DNA from: an uncultured Acidobacteriota bacterium
Lineage (GTDB): Bacteria; Acidobacteriota; Thermoanaerobaculia; Multivoradales; UBA5704
Reading direction: 5' to 3'
NCBI GenBank assembly: GCA_963770895.1
Contig: CAVYRF010000002.1
Coordinates: 5,120,001 to 5,184,000 of the forward strand
Length of the DNA stretch: 64,000 bases
The notes under the pieces were generated by a model. That model had not been told where the DNA came from. It ran no database searches and was given only the letters and a program-made list of their open reading frames with translations. Made by a program: the position numbers and the translations under genes. Below, piece by piece: positions 54,014 to 63,999 of this stretch; positions within the stretch are counted from its first letter, which is position 1, and every line of letters begins with the position of its first letter.

Positions 54014-54218
54014 CAACGCTCTGGTCTCCTGCGGGGTCGCCCCGGCCGCAGCGACCGCGGCGGCGGAGACGGCTGCTCCGGCGGCAGGCCACAGTGTAAG
54101 CGCAAGCCGGCCGGGCGGGGTAGACTGCCGGCGTTGCGGCCCGCGCCGGTCGCCGTTACCGCAGCCTACGGCCGGCGCGCCCCGGCGGATGGGTGCGGAG
54201 GGGTAAGGAGGATTCGCA

Positions 54219-55412
54219 ATGTCGATGCCGAAGCTTGGCGCCGGGGGCAGGCTCGCCGCGGCGGCGCTGGTCGCCGGCGGGCTGCTGCTGGCGGGTGCCG
54301 CGATCCTGCGCGCCCGCGAACCCCGCCTGCCGCTCTCAACGCTGCACCTGCCGCCCGGATTTTCGATCGCCGTCGTCACCGACCAGATCCCCGGCGCCCG
54401 CTCGATGGCGCTGTCGCCGCACGGCATCCTGTACGTCGGCAGCCGCGACGAGGGCAAGGTGTACGCGGTCCTGGGCGCGGTGCCCCCCGCGGCTCCCGGC
54501 GGCGTGCGCGTGGTGACGCTGGCGAGCGGCCTGGACCTGCCCAACGGCGTCGCCTGGCGCGACGGCGCCCTGTACGTCGCCGAGGTGTCGCGCCTGCTGC
54601 GCTTCGACGCCATCGACGAGCACGCCGGCAAGGGGGTGGCGCCGCCGGCGCCGCGCGTGCTGTACGACGCCTACCCCAAGGAGCACCATCACGGCTGGAA
54701 GTTCATCCGCTTCGGGCCGGACGGGCTGCTGTACATCCCGGTGGGCGCGCCCTGCAACATCTGCCTGCCCGACAAGCCGATCTACGCCGCGATCACCCGC
54801 ATGCATCCCGACGGCACCGGCCTTGAAATCTTCGCCCACGGCGTGCGCAATACCGTCGGCTTCGACTGGGACCCGCAGACCCACGAGCTGTGGTTCACCG
54901 ACAACGGCCGCGACAACCTGGGCGACGACGCTCCGCCCGACGAGCTGAATCACGCGCCGCGCGCCGGCATGCACTTCGGCTACCCGTTCTGCCACGGCAC
55001 CGACATCTCGGACCCCGAATTCGGCAAGGGGCATCCGTGCTCCGCCTACACCCCCACCGCCCTCAACCTGCCGGCGCACGTCGCTTCCCTGGGCATGCGT
55101 TTCTACACCGGCAGCATGTTCCCGCCCGACTACCGCAACCAGATCTTCATCGCCGAGCACGGCTCGTGGAACCGCAGCGTGCCGATCGGCTACCGCGTCA
55201 GCCTGGTGCGTGTGAAGGACGGCCGTCCGGTGTCGTACACGCCCTTCGTCGAAGGCTGGCTGCCGGCGACCGGCAGCGGCCCGCTGGGCCGCCGCGTCGC
55301 CTGGGGGCGTCCGGTGGACGTGCAGCAGCTGCCCGACGGGTCGCTGCTGATCTCCGACGACAAATCCGGCGCCATCTACCGCGTCACCTACGCCGCGCCG
55401 CGTCGCCCCTGA
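54219..55412 (+). CDS. PQQ-dependent sugar/sorbosone dehydrogenase family protein
   Basis: HHGWKFIRFGPDG, GAPCN, GVRNTVG, DNGRD, HGSWNR, GRPVDV. Confidence 0.9.
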   Translation: MSMPKLGAGGRLAAAALVAGGLLLAGAAILRAREPRLPLSTLHLPPGFSIAVVTDQIPGARSMALSPHGILYVGSRDEGKVYAVLGAVPPAAPGGVRVVTLASGLDLPNGVAWRDGALYVAEVSRLLRFDAIDEHAGKGVAPPAPRVLYDAYPKEHHHGWKFIRFGPDGLLYIPVGAPCNICLPDKPIYAAITRMHPDGTGLEIFAHGVRNTVGFDWDPQTHELWFTDNGRDNLGDDAPPDELNHAPRAGMHFGYPFCHGTDISDPEFGKGHPCSAYTPTALNLPAHVASLGMRFYTGSMFPPDYRNQIFIAEHGSWNRSVPIGYRVSLVRVKDGRPVSYTPFVEGWLPATGSGPLGRRVAWGRPVDVQQLPDGSLLISDDKSGAIYRVTYAAPRRP

Positions 55413-55413
55413 G

Positions 55414-55470
55414 AGGGCTGAGGGGCTCAGGGAGCTGAGGGGCCTGGGAGGCTGAGGGAAGCTGGGGGAG
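55414..55470. repeat. Degenerate 9-bp tandem repeat (GGGGCTGAG-like)
   Basis: agggctgag gggctcag ggagctgag gggcctggg aggctgag ggaagctggg. Confidence 0.6.
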
Positions 55471-55476
55471 GGAATA

Positions 55477-55511
55477 CCTCCCGACGACCCTGGTCCGGAG
55501 CCGTCGGGAGG
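55477..55511. terminator. Hairpin between convergent genes
   Basis: CCTCCCGACG-N15-CGTCGGGAGG perfect 10-bp stem. Confidence 0.5.
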
Positions 55512-55581
55512 AGCAGAGCCTGGGGGGACGGAGGTAGCTGCGGGTCTGCTCATGGGTGTATACGCAGCTCGCGGCAAAGTG

Positions 55582-56775
55582 TCACAGCTGCCGGCGCGGC
55601 CAGGCGCGCTGCTGGGCCTGAGTGGCGGCAAAGTGGGCGTCCAGCTCGGCCACGGAGTCGCCGCCCAGCTTTTCGAGCAGGGCGTCGGCCAGGACCAGGG
55701 CGACCATGGCTTCGGCGATGACGCCGGCGGCGGGGAGCGCGGTGACGTCGCTGCGCTCGTATTGCGAGGTGCGCTCGGCCAGGGTGTCCAGGTCGACGCT
55801 GGGGAGGCCCTGGCGCAGGGTGGCGATGGGCTTCTTGTAGGCGGTCACCACCAGGTCCTGGCCGTTGGTGATGCCGCCTTCCAGGCCGCCGGCGTGGTTG
55901 CTGGCGCGCACGAAGCTGTCGCCGGCGCGGCCGATGGGGTCGTGCGCCGCGCTGCCCGGACCGCGGCTGGCGGCGAGGGCGGCGCCGAACTCCACGGCCT
56001 TGACCGCCGGCACCGACAGCAGGGCCTGGGCCAGGCGGCCGTCGAGCTTTTCGTCCCAGTGGGTGTGGGAACCCAGGCCGGGGGGCACGTTGTGGGCGAT
56101 GACCGTGACGGCGCCGCCCAGGGTGTCGCCGGCGTCGCGGGCGCGCTCGACCAGGGCGATCATCGCCGGCTCCAGCGCGCGGTCGATGGCGCGCAGCGGC
56201 GAGGCGTCGTCCATGCGCTGCAGGTCTTCCCAGGTGGGCGGCGGGGCGTCGGCGCCCACCGCGCCCAGGGAGCGCACGCCGCTGGCGATCGCGATGCCCA
56301 GCCGTGCCAGCAGCATCTTGGCGAAGGCGCCGGCGGCGACGCGCGCCGCGGTTTCGCGGGCGGAGGCGCGTTCCAGCACGTCGCGCAGATCGTGGCGCAG
56401 GAACTTGACGCCGCCGGCCAGGTCGGCGTGACCGGGGCGCGGGGTCTTCAGGCGGCGCCCCTCGACCAGGCGCGGATCGATGGCCTGCGGGTCCGGCGCC
56501 ATCACCTTTTCCCAGGCGGCGTAGTCGCGGTTGGCGATCCACAGGACCACCGGCGACCCCAAGGTGACGCCGGCGCGCACGCCGCCGTGGATCTCCACGG
56601 CGTCGCTTTCGATCTGCATGCGGCGGCCGCGCCCGAAGCCGTGGCGGCGGCGATCGAGGTCGCGAGCGAGCAGCGCCAGGTCGACGGGGAGGCCGGCGGG
56701 CAGGCCGCGCAGGATGGCGGTCAGGCCGGGACCGTGGCTTTCGCCGCCGGTCGTCAGCTGCAGGCGGCGCAGCAC
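55582..56775 (-). CDS. aroC: Chorismate synthase
   Basis: GESHG, PRPGHAD, ERASARETAAR, GGLEGGITNG, ERSDVT. Confidence 0.96.
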   Translation of the reverse strand: MLRRLQLTTGGESHGPGLTAILRGLPAGLPVDLALLARDLDRRRHGFGRGRRMQIESDAVEIHGGVRAGVTLGSPVVLWIANRDYAAWEKVMAPDPQAIDPRLVEGRRLKTPRPGHADLAGGVKFLRHDLRDVLERASARETAARVAAGAFAKMLLARLGIAIASGVRSLGAVGADAPPPTWEDLQRMDDASPLRAIDRALEPAMIALVERARDAGDTLGGAVTVIAHNVPPGLGSHTHWDEKLDGRLAQALLSVPAVKAVEFGAALAASRGPGSAAHDPIGRAGDSFVRASNHAGGLEGGITNGQDLVVTAYKKPIATLRQGLPSVDLDTLAERTSQYERSDVTALPAAGVIAEAMVALVLADALLEKLGGDSVAELDAHFAATQAQQRAWPRRQL

Positions 56776-56788
56776 GGCGGCTCCGGCG

Positions 56789-58288
56789 CTAGTGGCCGCC
56801 GCCCTGGCGGGCGAAGTCGATGAAGCCCTGGTCGACGTCGGCGGTCACCAGGCGCACCCGCGTGCGGTCGCCGACGTCCAGCCCCTGCTGGCCGTGCACG
56901 ACGCGGCCTTCGACGGGCGGATGGAAGATGCGCACCCAGGTGCCCTTGTCGGAGGCGCCGGTGACCACGCCGTCGAAGACCTGGCCGATGCGGGAAGACA
57001 GCAGCATCGCCGCCGCCGATTTGTGCACCCGGCGTTCGACCTTTTCGGCGTCGTCCTCTTTTTCGGTGCAGTGGGTGGCGAGCGCCTGCAGCTCGTCGAT
57101 GGCGTAGGGGGAGGCCTGGTGCGCCAGCGCGGCCTTGACCAGGCGCTGGCCGATGACGTCGGGGTAGCGGCGGTTGGGCGCCGTCGAGTGCGCGTAGTCG
57201 CGCACCGCCAGGCCGAAGTGGCCGGGCGCCTGCTGGCCGGGCGCTTCGGCGACGTATTCGCCGCGGCCGAGCAGCTTGACGATGGTCAGCGACAGGTCGG
57301 GAAAGCGCAGCGGGTCGGCCTGGCGGCGGCGGGCCAGGAACTGCGAGAGCGCCACGGAATCGGGATCGGCGGGCAGGCGCTCGCCGTAGCCGGCCGCCAC
57401 TTCGACGATGCGCGGCCAGCGCTTGGGGGTGCGCACGACGCGCCGCATGGAGGGCAGCCCGGCGGCGGTCAGGAAGCCGGCGACGACACCGTTGGCGGCG
57501 ACCATGAAGTCTTCGATCAGCTGCATGGCGCGGTTGTGGTCTTCCTGCACCAGGTCGGAGATCTGGTCTTTGTCGAAGACCGGCTGCGTCTGCAGGGTTT
57601 CCAGCTCCAGCGCGCCGTGCTGGTGGCGCAGCGCGCGCAGGCGCTGGGCGGCGGTGTCCTGCAGGCGCAGCTGCGCGTCCATGCCCGCCACCGCGGTGAC
57701 GCGCGCAGGCGCCGGCCCCTTGCCTTCCAGCCAATCGCCGACGGCGTGGTAGGCCAGCTTTGCCTGGTTGCGCACCCAGGCGCGGTACACCTCGGAGTGC
57801 GACACCGTGCCGTCCTGCTCGACCACCATGTCCACCACCACGCTGAGGCGGTCCTGGTTTTCGCCCAGCGACGTGAGGTCGGTCGAAAGCTGCAGCGGCA
57901 GCATGGGGAAGATCTGGGCGGCGGTATAGACGGTGGTGGTGTTGGTGCGCGCGTGGCCGTCGATCGGCGAGCCCTTGGCGACCAGCGCGTCGACGTCGGC
58001 GACGGCGACCAGGACCCCGATGGCGTCCTTGCCGCCCTGCTTGGGGTGGGGATCGCCGACCGACAGCTGGTCCAGGTCCTTCGAGTCGTCGTTGTCGATC
58101 GAGCACCACAGGAGGCTGCGCAGGTCGCGGAAGCCCGGCGCGCCGTCCGGCGGCCGCGCCGGTCCGTGGATGGCGGCCAGCTGCGCCTTGGCGGCGTCGT
58201 CGAAGTCAGGAGCCAGGTCGCGGTCGAGCATCGCCTGGCGGGCGATGACCTGCAGGTGCTCCCTCTGGTGCGCTGGACTTTCGCTCAT
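56789..58288 (-). CDS. RNB-domain ribonuclease (short RNase II/R family)
   Basis: SIDNDDSKDLDQ, LIEDFMVAAN, HFGLA..YAHSTAPNRRYPD, C-terminal S1. Confidence 0.92.
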   Translation of the reverse strand: MSESPAHQREHLQVIARQAMLDRDLAPDFDDAAKAQLAAIHGPARPPDGAPGFRDLRSLLWCSIDNDDSKDLDQLSVGDPHPKQGGKDAIGVLVAVADVDALVAKGSPIDGHARTNTTTVYTAAQIFPMLPLQLSTDLTSLGENQDRLSVVVDMVVEQDGTVSHSEVYRAWVRNQAKLAYHAVGDWLEGKGPAPARVTAVAGMDAQLRLQDTAAQRLRALRHQHGALELETLQTQPVFDKDQISDLVQEDHNRAMQLIEDFMVAANGVVAGFLTAAGLPSMRRVVRTPKRWPRIVEVAAGYGERLPADPDSVALSQFLARRRQADPLRFPDLSLTIVKLLGRGEYVAEAPGQQAPGHFGLAVRDYAHSTAPNRRYPDVIGQRLVKAALAHQASPYAIDELQALATHCTEKEDDAEKVERRVHKSAAAMLLSSRIGQVFDGVVTGASDKGTWVRIFHPPVEGRVVHGQQGLDVGDRTRVRLVTADVDQGFIDFARQGGGH

Positions 58289-58605
58289 CGGCTCTCCACG
58301 GAAGATGTGCCCCCGGCAGACGGCGGGCGTCGGGCGGTCGCCAGAGGATATCGCACCCCGCGAGGCGGCGAGAGATCAGCATTTGCCGTAAGGCTCGTGG
58401 TTATATGCTGACGCCGCGGAGCCGGGCGGTCGGCAGGGTGGCAAGCAGCCGGGTTCGGCCGCGCTTCGCGCCCCGCGCCCCGCAGACGGCGCGGTGTGCA
58501 CTCCTTAGGATGGAACCAGAGGTCTGGCAGCCGCCGCGGCGATTCCGCCGCGCCGGCGGCGGCAGGCAAGGGGACGCCCCTGGCGGCGCGTCCGCGGAGG
58601 ATGGC

Positions 58606-60015
58606 ATGGCAGGTGAAACGGAAGCGGGCAGCTGGCTGCCGATCGTGACGGAGGGACCGCTCCTGGCGCAGATCGACCAGGCGCTGGACGAATTGGCGGT
58701 GGTGCTGGCGCCGCTCGCGGGCGAAGCGCCGGCGGCAGGCGGGTCGGGTGCGAGCGCGGCGGCGGCCGCCGCGCCGACCAATGGCCGGCGGCCGGCGGAT
58801 GCGGCGGCGGAAGAGGCGGCGGCGGGGGAGGGGGCGTGGCAGCTGGGCGGCGGGCCGTCGGGCGAGGCGCTCTTCTTTACCTACCTCGACCAGGCGCGGC
58901 CGGAGCGCGGCTATGACGAGCGGGCGCTGGTGCACCTGGAGGCGGTGATCGAGGCGGCGGCGCGCGAATCGCTCTTTCCCAGCCTGTACGGCGGGTTCAG
59001 CGGTGTCGCCTGGGCGTTGGAGCACCTGACCGGGCGGCTGCTGGAGGAGCCCGCGTCCGGCGCCGAGGACCCCGGCGCCGAGGTCGCGGAGGTGCTCGAC
59101 GGCTACCTGCGGCAGACGCCGTGGAAGGACGACTACGACCTGATCGGCGGCCTGGTCGGCTACGGCGTGTACGCGCGCGAGCGCGCGCCGCGGCCGGGAG
59201 GCGCCGAAGCGGCGGCGAGCGTCGTCGAGCGGCTGGGCGAGCTGGCCGAGCGGCGCGACGGCGGCGTCACCTGGCACACGCCGGCGGAGCGGCTGGCGCT
59301 GCAGAAGGCGGACTACCCGGAGGGCCACTACAACCTGGGCGTGGCGCACGGCGTGCCGGGCGTCATCGGCCTGCTGGGGGAGCTGCGGGCCGCCGGCCTG
59401 GCGACGGCGGAGTCCGACCGGATGCTGGCGGACTCGGTGGCGTGGCTGTTCGGGCAGCGGCTGCCGGCGGGCACCGGCTCGGCGTTCGGCTACAACACCG
59501 TGCCGGGCGGCGCGGTGGTGCGGGAGGCGCCGTCTCGCCTGGCCTGGTGCTATGGCGACGCCGGCATCGTGCTGACGCTGATGGTCGCCGCGCGCGCCGC
59601 CGGCGAGCCGAGCTGGGAGGCGGCGGCGCTGGACATCGCGCGTGCCGCGGCGCAGCGGCCGCATGCTGAGGTGGGAGTGCTGGACGGCGGCCTGTGCCAT
59701 GGGTCCGCCGGCCTGGCGCACCTGTACAACCGCCTCTACCAGGCGACGCGCGAGCCTCTCTTCAAGGCCCAGGCGATCGCCTGGCTGGAGCACCTGCTCT
59801 CCTTGCGGCAGGCGGGGGAGGGCCTTGGCGGCTGGCGCACCTGGCGGCCGTTGGGACCGATGGGCGATCCCAATCCCACTTTCGGCTGGGTGACCGACTC
59901 CGGCTTTCTGACCGGCGCCGCCGGCATCGGCCTCACCCTGCTGGGCGCGGTCAGCGCGGTCGAGCCCGCCTGGGATCGCCTGCTGCTGACCAGCGTGCCG
60001 CCGATCGCACCCTGA
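58606..60015 (+). CDS. lanC: Lanthionine synthetase C (LanC cyclase)
   Basis: YDLIGG, NLGVAHGVPG, AWCYGD, LCHG (Zn ligands Cys/Cys/His), FLTGAAG, WDRLLL; GGAGG RBS, ATG 58606. Confidence 0.93.
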   Translation: MAGETEAGSWLPIVTEGPLLAQIDQALDELAVVLAPLAGEAPAAGGSGASAAAAAAPTNGRRPADAAAEEAAAGEGAWQLGGGPSGEALFFTYLDQARPERGYDERALVHLEAVIEAAARESLFPSLYGGFSGVAWALEHLTGRLLEEPASGAEDPGAEVAEVLDGYLRQTPWKDDYDLIGGLVGYGVYARERAPRPGGAEAAASVVERLGELAERRDGGVTWHTPAERLALQKADYPEGHYNLGVAHGVPGVIGLLGELRAAGLATAESDRMLADSVAWLFGQRLPAGTGSAFGYNTVPGGAVVREAPSRLAWCYGDAGIVLTLMVAARAAGEPSWEAAALDIARAAAQRPHAEVGVLDGGLCHGSAGLAHLYNRLYQATREPLFKAQAIAWLEHLLSLRQAGEGLGGWRTWRPLGPMGDPNPTFGWVTDSGFLTGAAGIGLTLLGAVSAVEPAWDRLLLTSVPPIAP

Positions 60016-60049
60016 CGGGTCGCGGCGGCCGTTTCAGGGGTTCAAGGGG

Positions 60050-63000
60050 TCAGGACGTGGCGGCGGCTTCGGCGGTCGCGGCGGCTTCGGCTGCCGCGGC
60101 GCCGGCTGCTGCCGGGGCGGCTTCCGCGGCGGCGTCCGGCGGGGTCGGTGCGGGGCTGTTGCGGGCGGCGCGGGCGGCGCGCGAGCGGTGGACCTGGTAC
60201 AGGAAGTCGTAGAGGACCATTTCGTGGGCGCGCGCCGAGGAGCGGATGAAGCGGTTGACGTGCATGTGGGCCAGGCTGGTCGACATGTCGGCCAGGGTTC
60301 CCAGCAGGGCGCCCTGCTCCTGCAGGCGGTGGAGCTCGGCAAGGATCGGTGCCGACCTTTGCGAGCGGCGGGCGAAGACGGCCAGGGCCGGGGCGAGCGG
60401 GTTGTCGGGATCGCCCGCGGCGTCGAGCAGCGGCGCCAGCTGCGGGCGCTCGGTGCGGAACTTCTGGTCGAGCTGCACCTGCAGCGCCTTCTGCGCCTTT
60501 TCGTCGGCGTTGGCGCCGGCAAATTCGCGGTTGAAGTTGTCGCGCAGGCGCGACAGCACCTTGACCTTGGTCGCGGCGTCCAGGCCGACGTCGTCGAGCA
60601 GGGCGTTGACACCGAAGAAGGCCAGGCGCCAGCGCAGGTCGGCGCCCTCGTCGCCCTCCAGCATGTCGAGGATGTCCATCACCGCTTCGCTGTCGGCCTG
60701 GAAGAGACGCTCGACCAGGCCGATGCCGGCCGGGCCGCCGTAGCGCTCGACTTCCTGCTCGTAGGTGTCCAGCTGCAGCTTCCACATGCGGCCGTCGGCG
60801 AGCAGCGGCGCCGCGGCGGCATGCAGGGCGGGCAGCACCTGCGCGGTGAGGGCCGCGGGATCGCCGTGGAAGCGCACCCGCACGTGCCAGTCGGGATCGC
60901 CGTAGCGGATGAAAAACCAGCTGTCGATGAGCCCTGCCGGCCCCACCTGGCGCAGCAGCGGCGCCACCACGTCGCGCAGCACGCGGTCGGCGGTGGCGGT
61001 GCCGGTGTAGAGCTTGGCGTAGAGCCATTCGGAGCCCGGGGCAAACGACCGCTGCATGCCGGCGCCGGTTCCGGCGGCGGCGAGCGGCGCCGGGCGGGCG
61101 GTGGCCGGTGGCGTTGCGGGGGCTGAGGCGGCGGTGGCTGCCGTGGTGGGCTGGGCCTGCGGCTGGGGGCGCGGCAGGCGATGGTAGGGCACCACCAGCT
61201 CGGAGACGAAGCGGCCTTCGGGACCGTGCGCGACCAGCGCGTCGGGTCCCGGGAAGAGCTCGTGCAGGCGCGCCCGGTCGCGCTCTTCGACCACGTCCAG
61301 GAAGGCGTCGATCGCCAGCGTGTTGTCCAGGTCGACCAGCAGCTCGTTGTCGCCGTCGGCGAGAACCACCAGGCGCGGCAGGCGCCGCCGCGCACGCCAA
61401 GCCTGGACGGCCACGAAGCGTTGGGTGCCCTGCGCCTTGGCGAGCTGCTTGATCTCTTCTCCGGTCATCCACCAGGCGGCGCGCGACAGCACCAGCCGCC
61501 CGTTGGTGACGCGCGGCAGGAACGGCGCGCTGTCGAGCGCTCCCCAGTTCCAGCTGAAGCCGCCGACCAGCTCCTGCGCCTGGAGGGTGCACAGGAACCG
61601 ATACAGACCCAGGCTGCGGGTGATGAAGTTATGGGCGCTGGTCAGGCGGGGGATGATCTCCCGTCCCAGCGCCCGCGAGGTGATCACCACCCGGTTGCCG
61701 ACGACCGACACCAGCAGATCGGTGATCGGGATCTGCCGATCTTCGGGCGCGCCGGAGCGGCCCAGGTAGGGGATCTCGTAGTCGCGCATCACCGGCCGCG
61801 ACAGGATGTTGCCGATCCGCCCCTGCGGCAGGTGGACGATCTCGGCAAACAGGGCGTCCGGCCGCAGCGCCTCTTCGGCGCGCAGATGAGCCCGAGTGTG
61901 CTGTTCCAGCAGCGGATCGGCGTGGCAGAAGCGCCCCAGCAGGCGGGCGCCCGAGGGCCCCGCGGCGCCGTTCATCAGCAGCTGGAAGTCGCCCGCGGCC
62001 ACCGCTTCGGGCGAGGCGGCGGCCAGGAACACCACCACCTGAAAGGCGTCGGGGAGGCGGTCCGGGCGCTCCGTTCCCGCCATGCGATCGAGATCTTCGG
62101 CGGTCAGCTCCATCTGCTGGCTGTCCTGCGCCAGCGTGTCCTGGAGCTTGGCGAGCAGCGCCGCCTGGCGCAGGCTCCAGGCGACCGTGGATTCGGCGGC
62201 GGCGCCGCCCAGGGCGAGGCCGCGCAGCAGCGGCGACGCTTCGGCGCCGACTTCCGAGGTGCGCTCGAAGCCGATGCCGATCTCTTCGTCGAGCGCTTCG
62301 ACCAGCGGCACCTGGCGTTCGCCGAAGCGCTCCTGGAATTCCTGCCGGAACTTTTCCAGCCCTTCGTTGCGCGACCGGCCCACCAGGCGCAGCTGCAGGT
62401 CCATGCCGCGCGCCACTTCCGCCAGCACGGCATCGTCGAGGCTGGCTTCGACGAAGGGTTTGACCATGTCGACCTGGAACAGGCGCGCCATCTCGACCGG
62501 CGTCGGCAAGGTCTCCAGGCTGGTGGCGATGGCGCGGTAGGAGTCGGGGGGGGCGCCGGGTCCCGCCGCGTCCAGCGCCGCCAGGGCGTCGCGGGCGGCG
62601 GCCAGGCGCTCCGCCGCCTGCTGCCCGGCCGGCAGGGTGGCCAGGTGCTGCACCAGGTCGTGGATCGCTTCGGGCCCGGTGACCGGCGGCGACAGGTCCG
62701 ACACCAGCACCTGGGAGTCGATCAGCTCGGTGATAAAGGCGTCGGCGTCTTCGCGCGAGATCTCGAAATCCGCTTCGGCGTCGGGTTCGGCCGCGGGGGC
62801 GTCGGTGTCGGCGGGTGCAGCGGGTGCGGCGGCGGCGGCGTGCTCCGCCGTCACCAGCGCGGCGGCGAGGTCGGCGGCCAGGGCGCCGCCGCGCGCGCGT
62901 TCCAGGGTGGCCTCCAGGTAGTCGGAGGCGTCCACCGCCACCAGGTGGTGGGAGCGCACCTTCTTCTCGAGACGCGCTTCGGCATAGCGCAGGCGGCCGG

Positions 63001-63583
63001 CGGCGCGGTACAGGCTGGAGTTGGGGTGGAAGCGCAACGCGGCGCGCATGGCCGGATCGCGCTCCAGCTCTTCGCAGAGCGCGAACAGGTAGTCCATGTC
63101 GAGCCGGGTGTGGCGCCCGTAGGCGGCGCGCGGGGCGAGCGACAGGGCGGTGCGCGTGGCGGCGCCGGCCGGCCGCACCGCCGTCGAGCAGCCCGAGAAC
63201 ATGCCGAACGGGGTCGCCCGCGATGCCATGCGCAGGAAGTAGCGCACCAGGGCGCGCTCGGCCCGCTGCCCCTTCTTGCTTTCGGGGTCGCGCCGCCAGA
63301 GCTCCATGGCGTCGGCGAGCGACGGCGACGCCACGAACAGCGCTTCGCGCACTTCGGCGCGCTCCGCCAGCGCTTCGAGGCGCGTGCGCAGCATCCGGCG
63401 GTCCGCGGCGATGGCGGCGGCCAGCGCTTCGCTGTCTGCCGCCCCTGCCGCTGCCGCCGCGGGCGCGGCGAGGCCGGCGCTCCACGCTTCCACCTCCTCG
63501 AACGGCAGGAGCGGCGTGCGGAAGACGAAGAACGAGGGTCGCTCGTAGAGATCGGCGATCGATGTGCGAGTCTGCGTAGTCAC
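60050..63583 (-). CDS. lanB: Class I lanthipeptide dehydratase LanB (glutamylation and elimination domains)
   Basis: RTPLLP, ASPSL, RYFLRMASRATPFG, LGRF, PRLTSAHN, FLPRV, WLYAKLY, WFFIRYGDPDWHVRVR, YEQEVERYGG, HMHVNR. Confidence 0.95.
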   Translation of the reverse strand: MTTQTRTSIADLYERPSFFVFRTPLLPFEEVEAWSAGLAAPAAAAAGAADSEALAAAIAADRRMLRTRLEALAERAEVREALFVASPSLADAMELWRRDPESKKGQRAERALVRYFLRMASRATPFGMFSGCSTAVRPAGAATRTALSLAPRAAYGRHTRLDMDYLFALCEELERDPAMRAALRFHPNSSLYRAAGRLRYAEARLEKKVRSHHLVAVDASDYLEATLERARGGALAADLAAALVTAEHAAAAAPAAPADTDAPAAEPDAEADFEISREDADAFITELIDSQVLVSDLSPPVTGPEAIHDLVQHLATLPAGQQAAERLAAARDALAALDAAGPGAPPDSYRAIATSLETLPTPVEMARLFQVDMVKPFVEASLDDAVLAEVARGMDLQLRLVGRSRNEGLEKFRQEFQERFGERQVPLVEALDEEIGIGFERTSEVGAEASPLLRGLALGGAAAESTVAWSLRQAALLAKLQDTLAQDSQQMELTAEDLDRMAGTERPDRLPDAFQVVVFLAAASPEAVAAGDFQLLMNGAAGPSGARLLGRFCHADPLLEQHTRAHLRAEEALRPDALFAEIVHLPQGRIGNILSRPVMRDYEIPYLGRSGAPEDRQIPITDLLVSVVGNRVVITSRALGREIIPRLTSAHNFITRSLGLYRFLCTLQAQELVGGFSWNWGALDSAPFLPRVTNGRLVLSRAAWWMTGEEIKQLAKAQGTQRFVAVQAWRARRRLPRLVVLADGDNELLVDLDNTLAIDAFLDVVEERDRARLHELFPGPDALVAHGPEGRFVSELVVPYHRLPRPQPQAQPTTAATAASAPATPPATARPAPLAAAGTGAGMQRSFAPGSEWLYAKLYTGTATADRVLRDVVAPLLRQVGPAGLIDSWFFIRYGDPDWHVRVRFHGDPAALTAQVLPALHAAAAPLLADGRMWKLQLDTYEQEVERYGGPAGIGLVERLFQADSEAVMDILDMLEGDEGADLRWRLAFFGVNALLDDVGLDAATKVKVLSRLRDNFNREFAGANADEKAQKALQVQLDQKFRTERPQLAPLLDAAGDPDNPLAPALAVFARRSQRSAPILAELHRLQEQGALLGTLADMSTSLAHMHVNRFIRSSARAHEMVLYDFLYQVHRSRAARAARNSPAPTPPDAAAEAAPAAAGAAAAEAAATAEAAATS

Positions 63584-63706
63584 GAGCCCTTAAAGATACC
63601 ACGAGGCCCCGGACGTGCCCTGCTCACCGCGTCAGCGGATGCAGCGCCTCTCGCGGGTGCGAAAGGGAGCCATCACTTCGTAGGAGATGAGTGCCGCGGC
63701 AGGGGT

Positions 63707-63750
63707 AAAACGCGACCGCGCCGACCCGCGAAGCGAGCACGGCGCGGTCG
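63707..63750 (-). terminator. Stem-loop between putative precursor gene and lanB
   Basis: Minus strand CGACCGCGCCG-N16-CGGCGCGGTCG followed by CGTTTT. Confidence 0.6.
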
Positions 63751-63789
63751 GTGGAGCTGTCCGTTGCAGGAGGCGAGGATGCCGGCGGG

Positions 63790-63999
63790 CTACTCGAGCA
63801 CCGTCGCGCAGTTGACGGTGTAGACGAAGTAGGAGGCGCCGCAGCCCCCGTTGTCGCCGTTGCCGCCGCCGTTGCCGCCATTGCCGCCGCAGCCGCCGCC
63901 GCCACCATTGCCGCCGTTGCCGTAGCCGCCGTGACCGTCGTCGCCGCCGCGGCCGCTGCCGCCGCCGTTGCCGTAGTCGCTGGTCTGGCTGAGGCCGCC
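63790..63999 (-). CDS. Gly-rich putative lanthipeptide precursor, C-terminal part (5' end outside window)
   Basis: Manual translation: GGLSQTSDYGNGGGSGRGGDDGHGGYGNGGNGGGGGCGGNGGNGGGNGDNGGCGASYFVYTVNCATVLE*; almost all codons end in G/C; directly upstream of lanB. Confidence 0.7.
   Translation of the reverse strand, partial: GGLSQTSDYGNGGGSGRGGDDGHGGYGNGGNGGGGGCGGNGGNGGGNGDNGGCGASYFVYTVNCATVLE

Noticed and set aside
58060-58110. RNB active site DLDQ instead of DxDD as an inactivation
   Set aside because: DLDQ is, to my knowledge, a common variant in short RNB proteins, and the other motifs are intact
63624-63908. Listed 94-aa Ala-rich ORF as the lanthipeptide precursor
   Set aside because: It is an alternate frame of the Gly-rich ORF, lacks a leader and RBS, and runs through the hairpin
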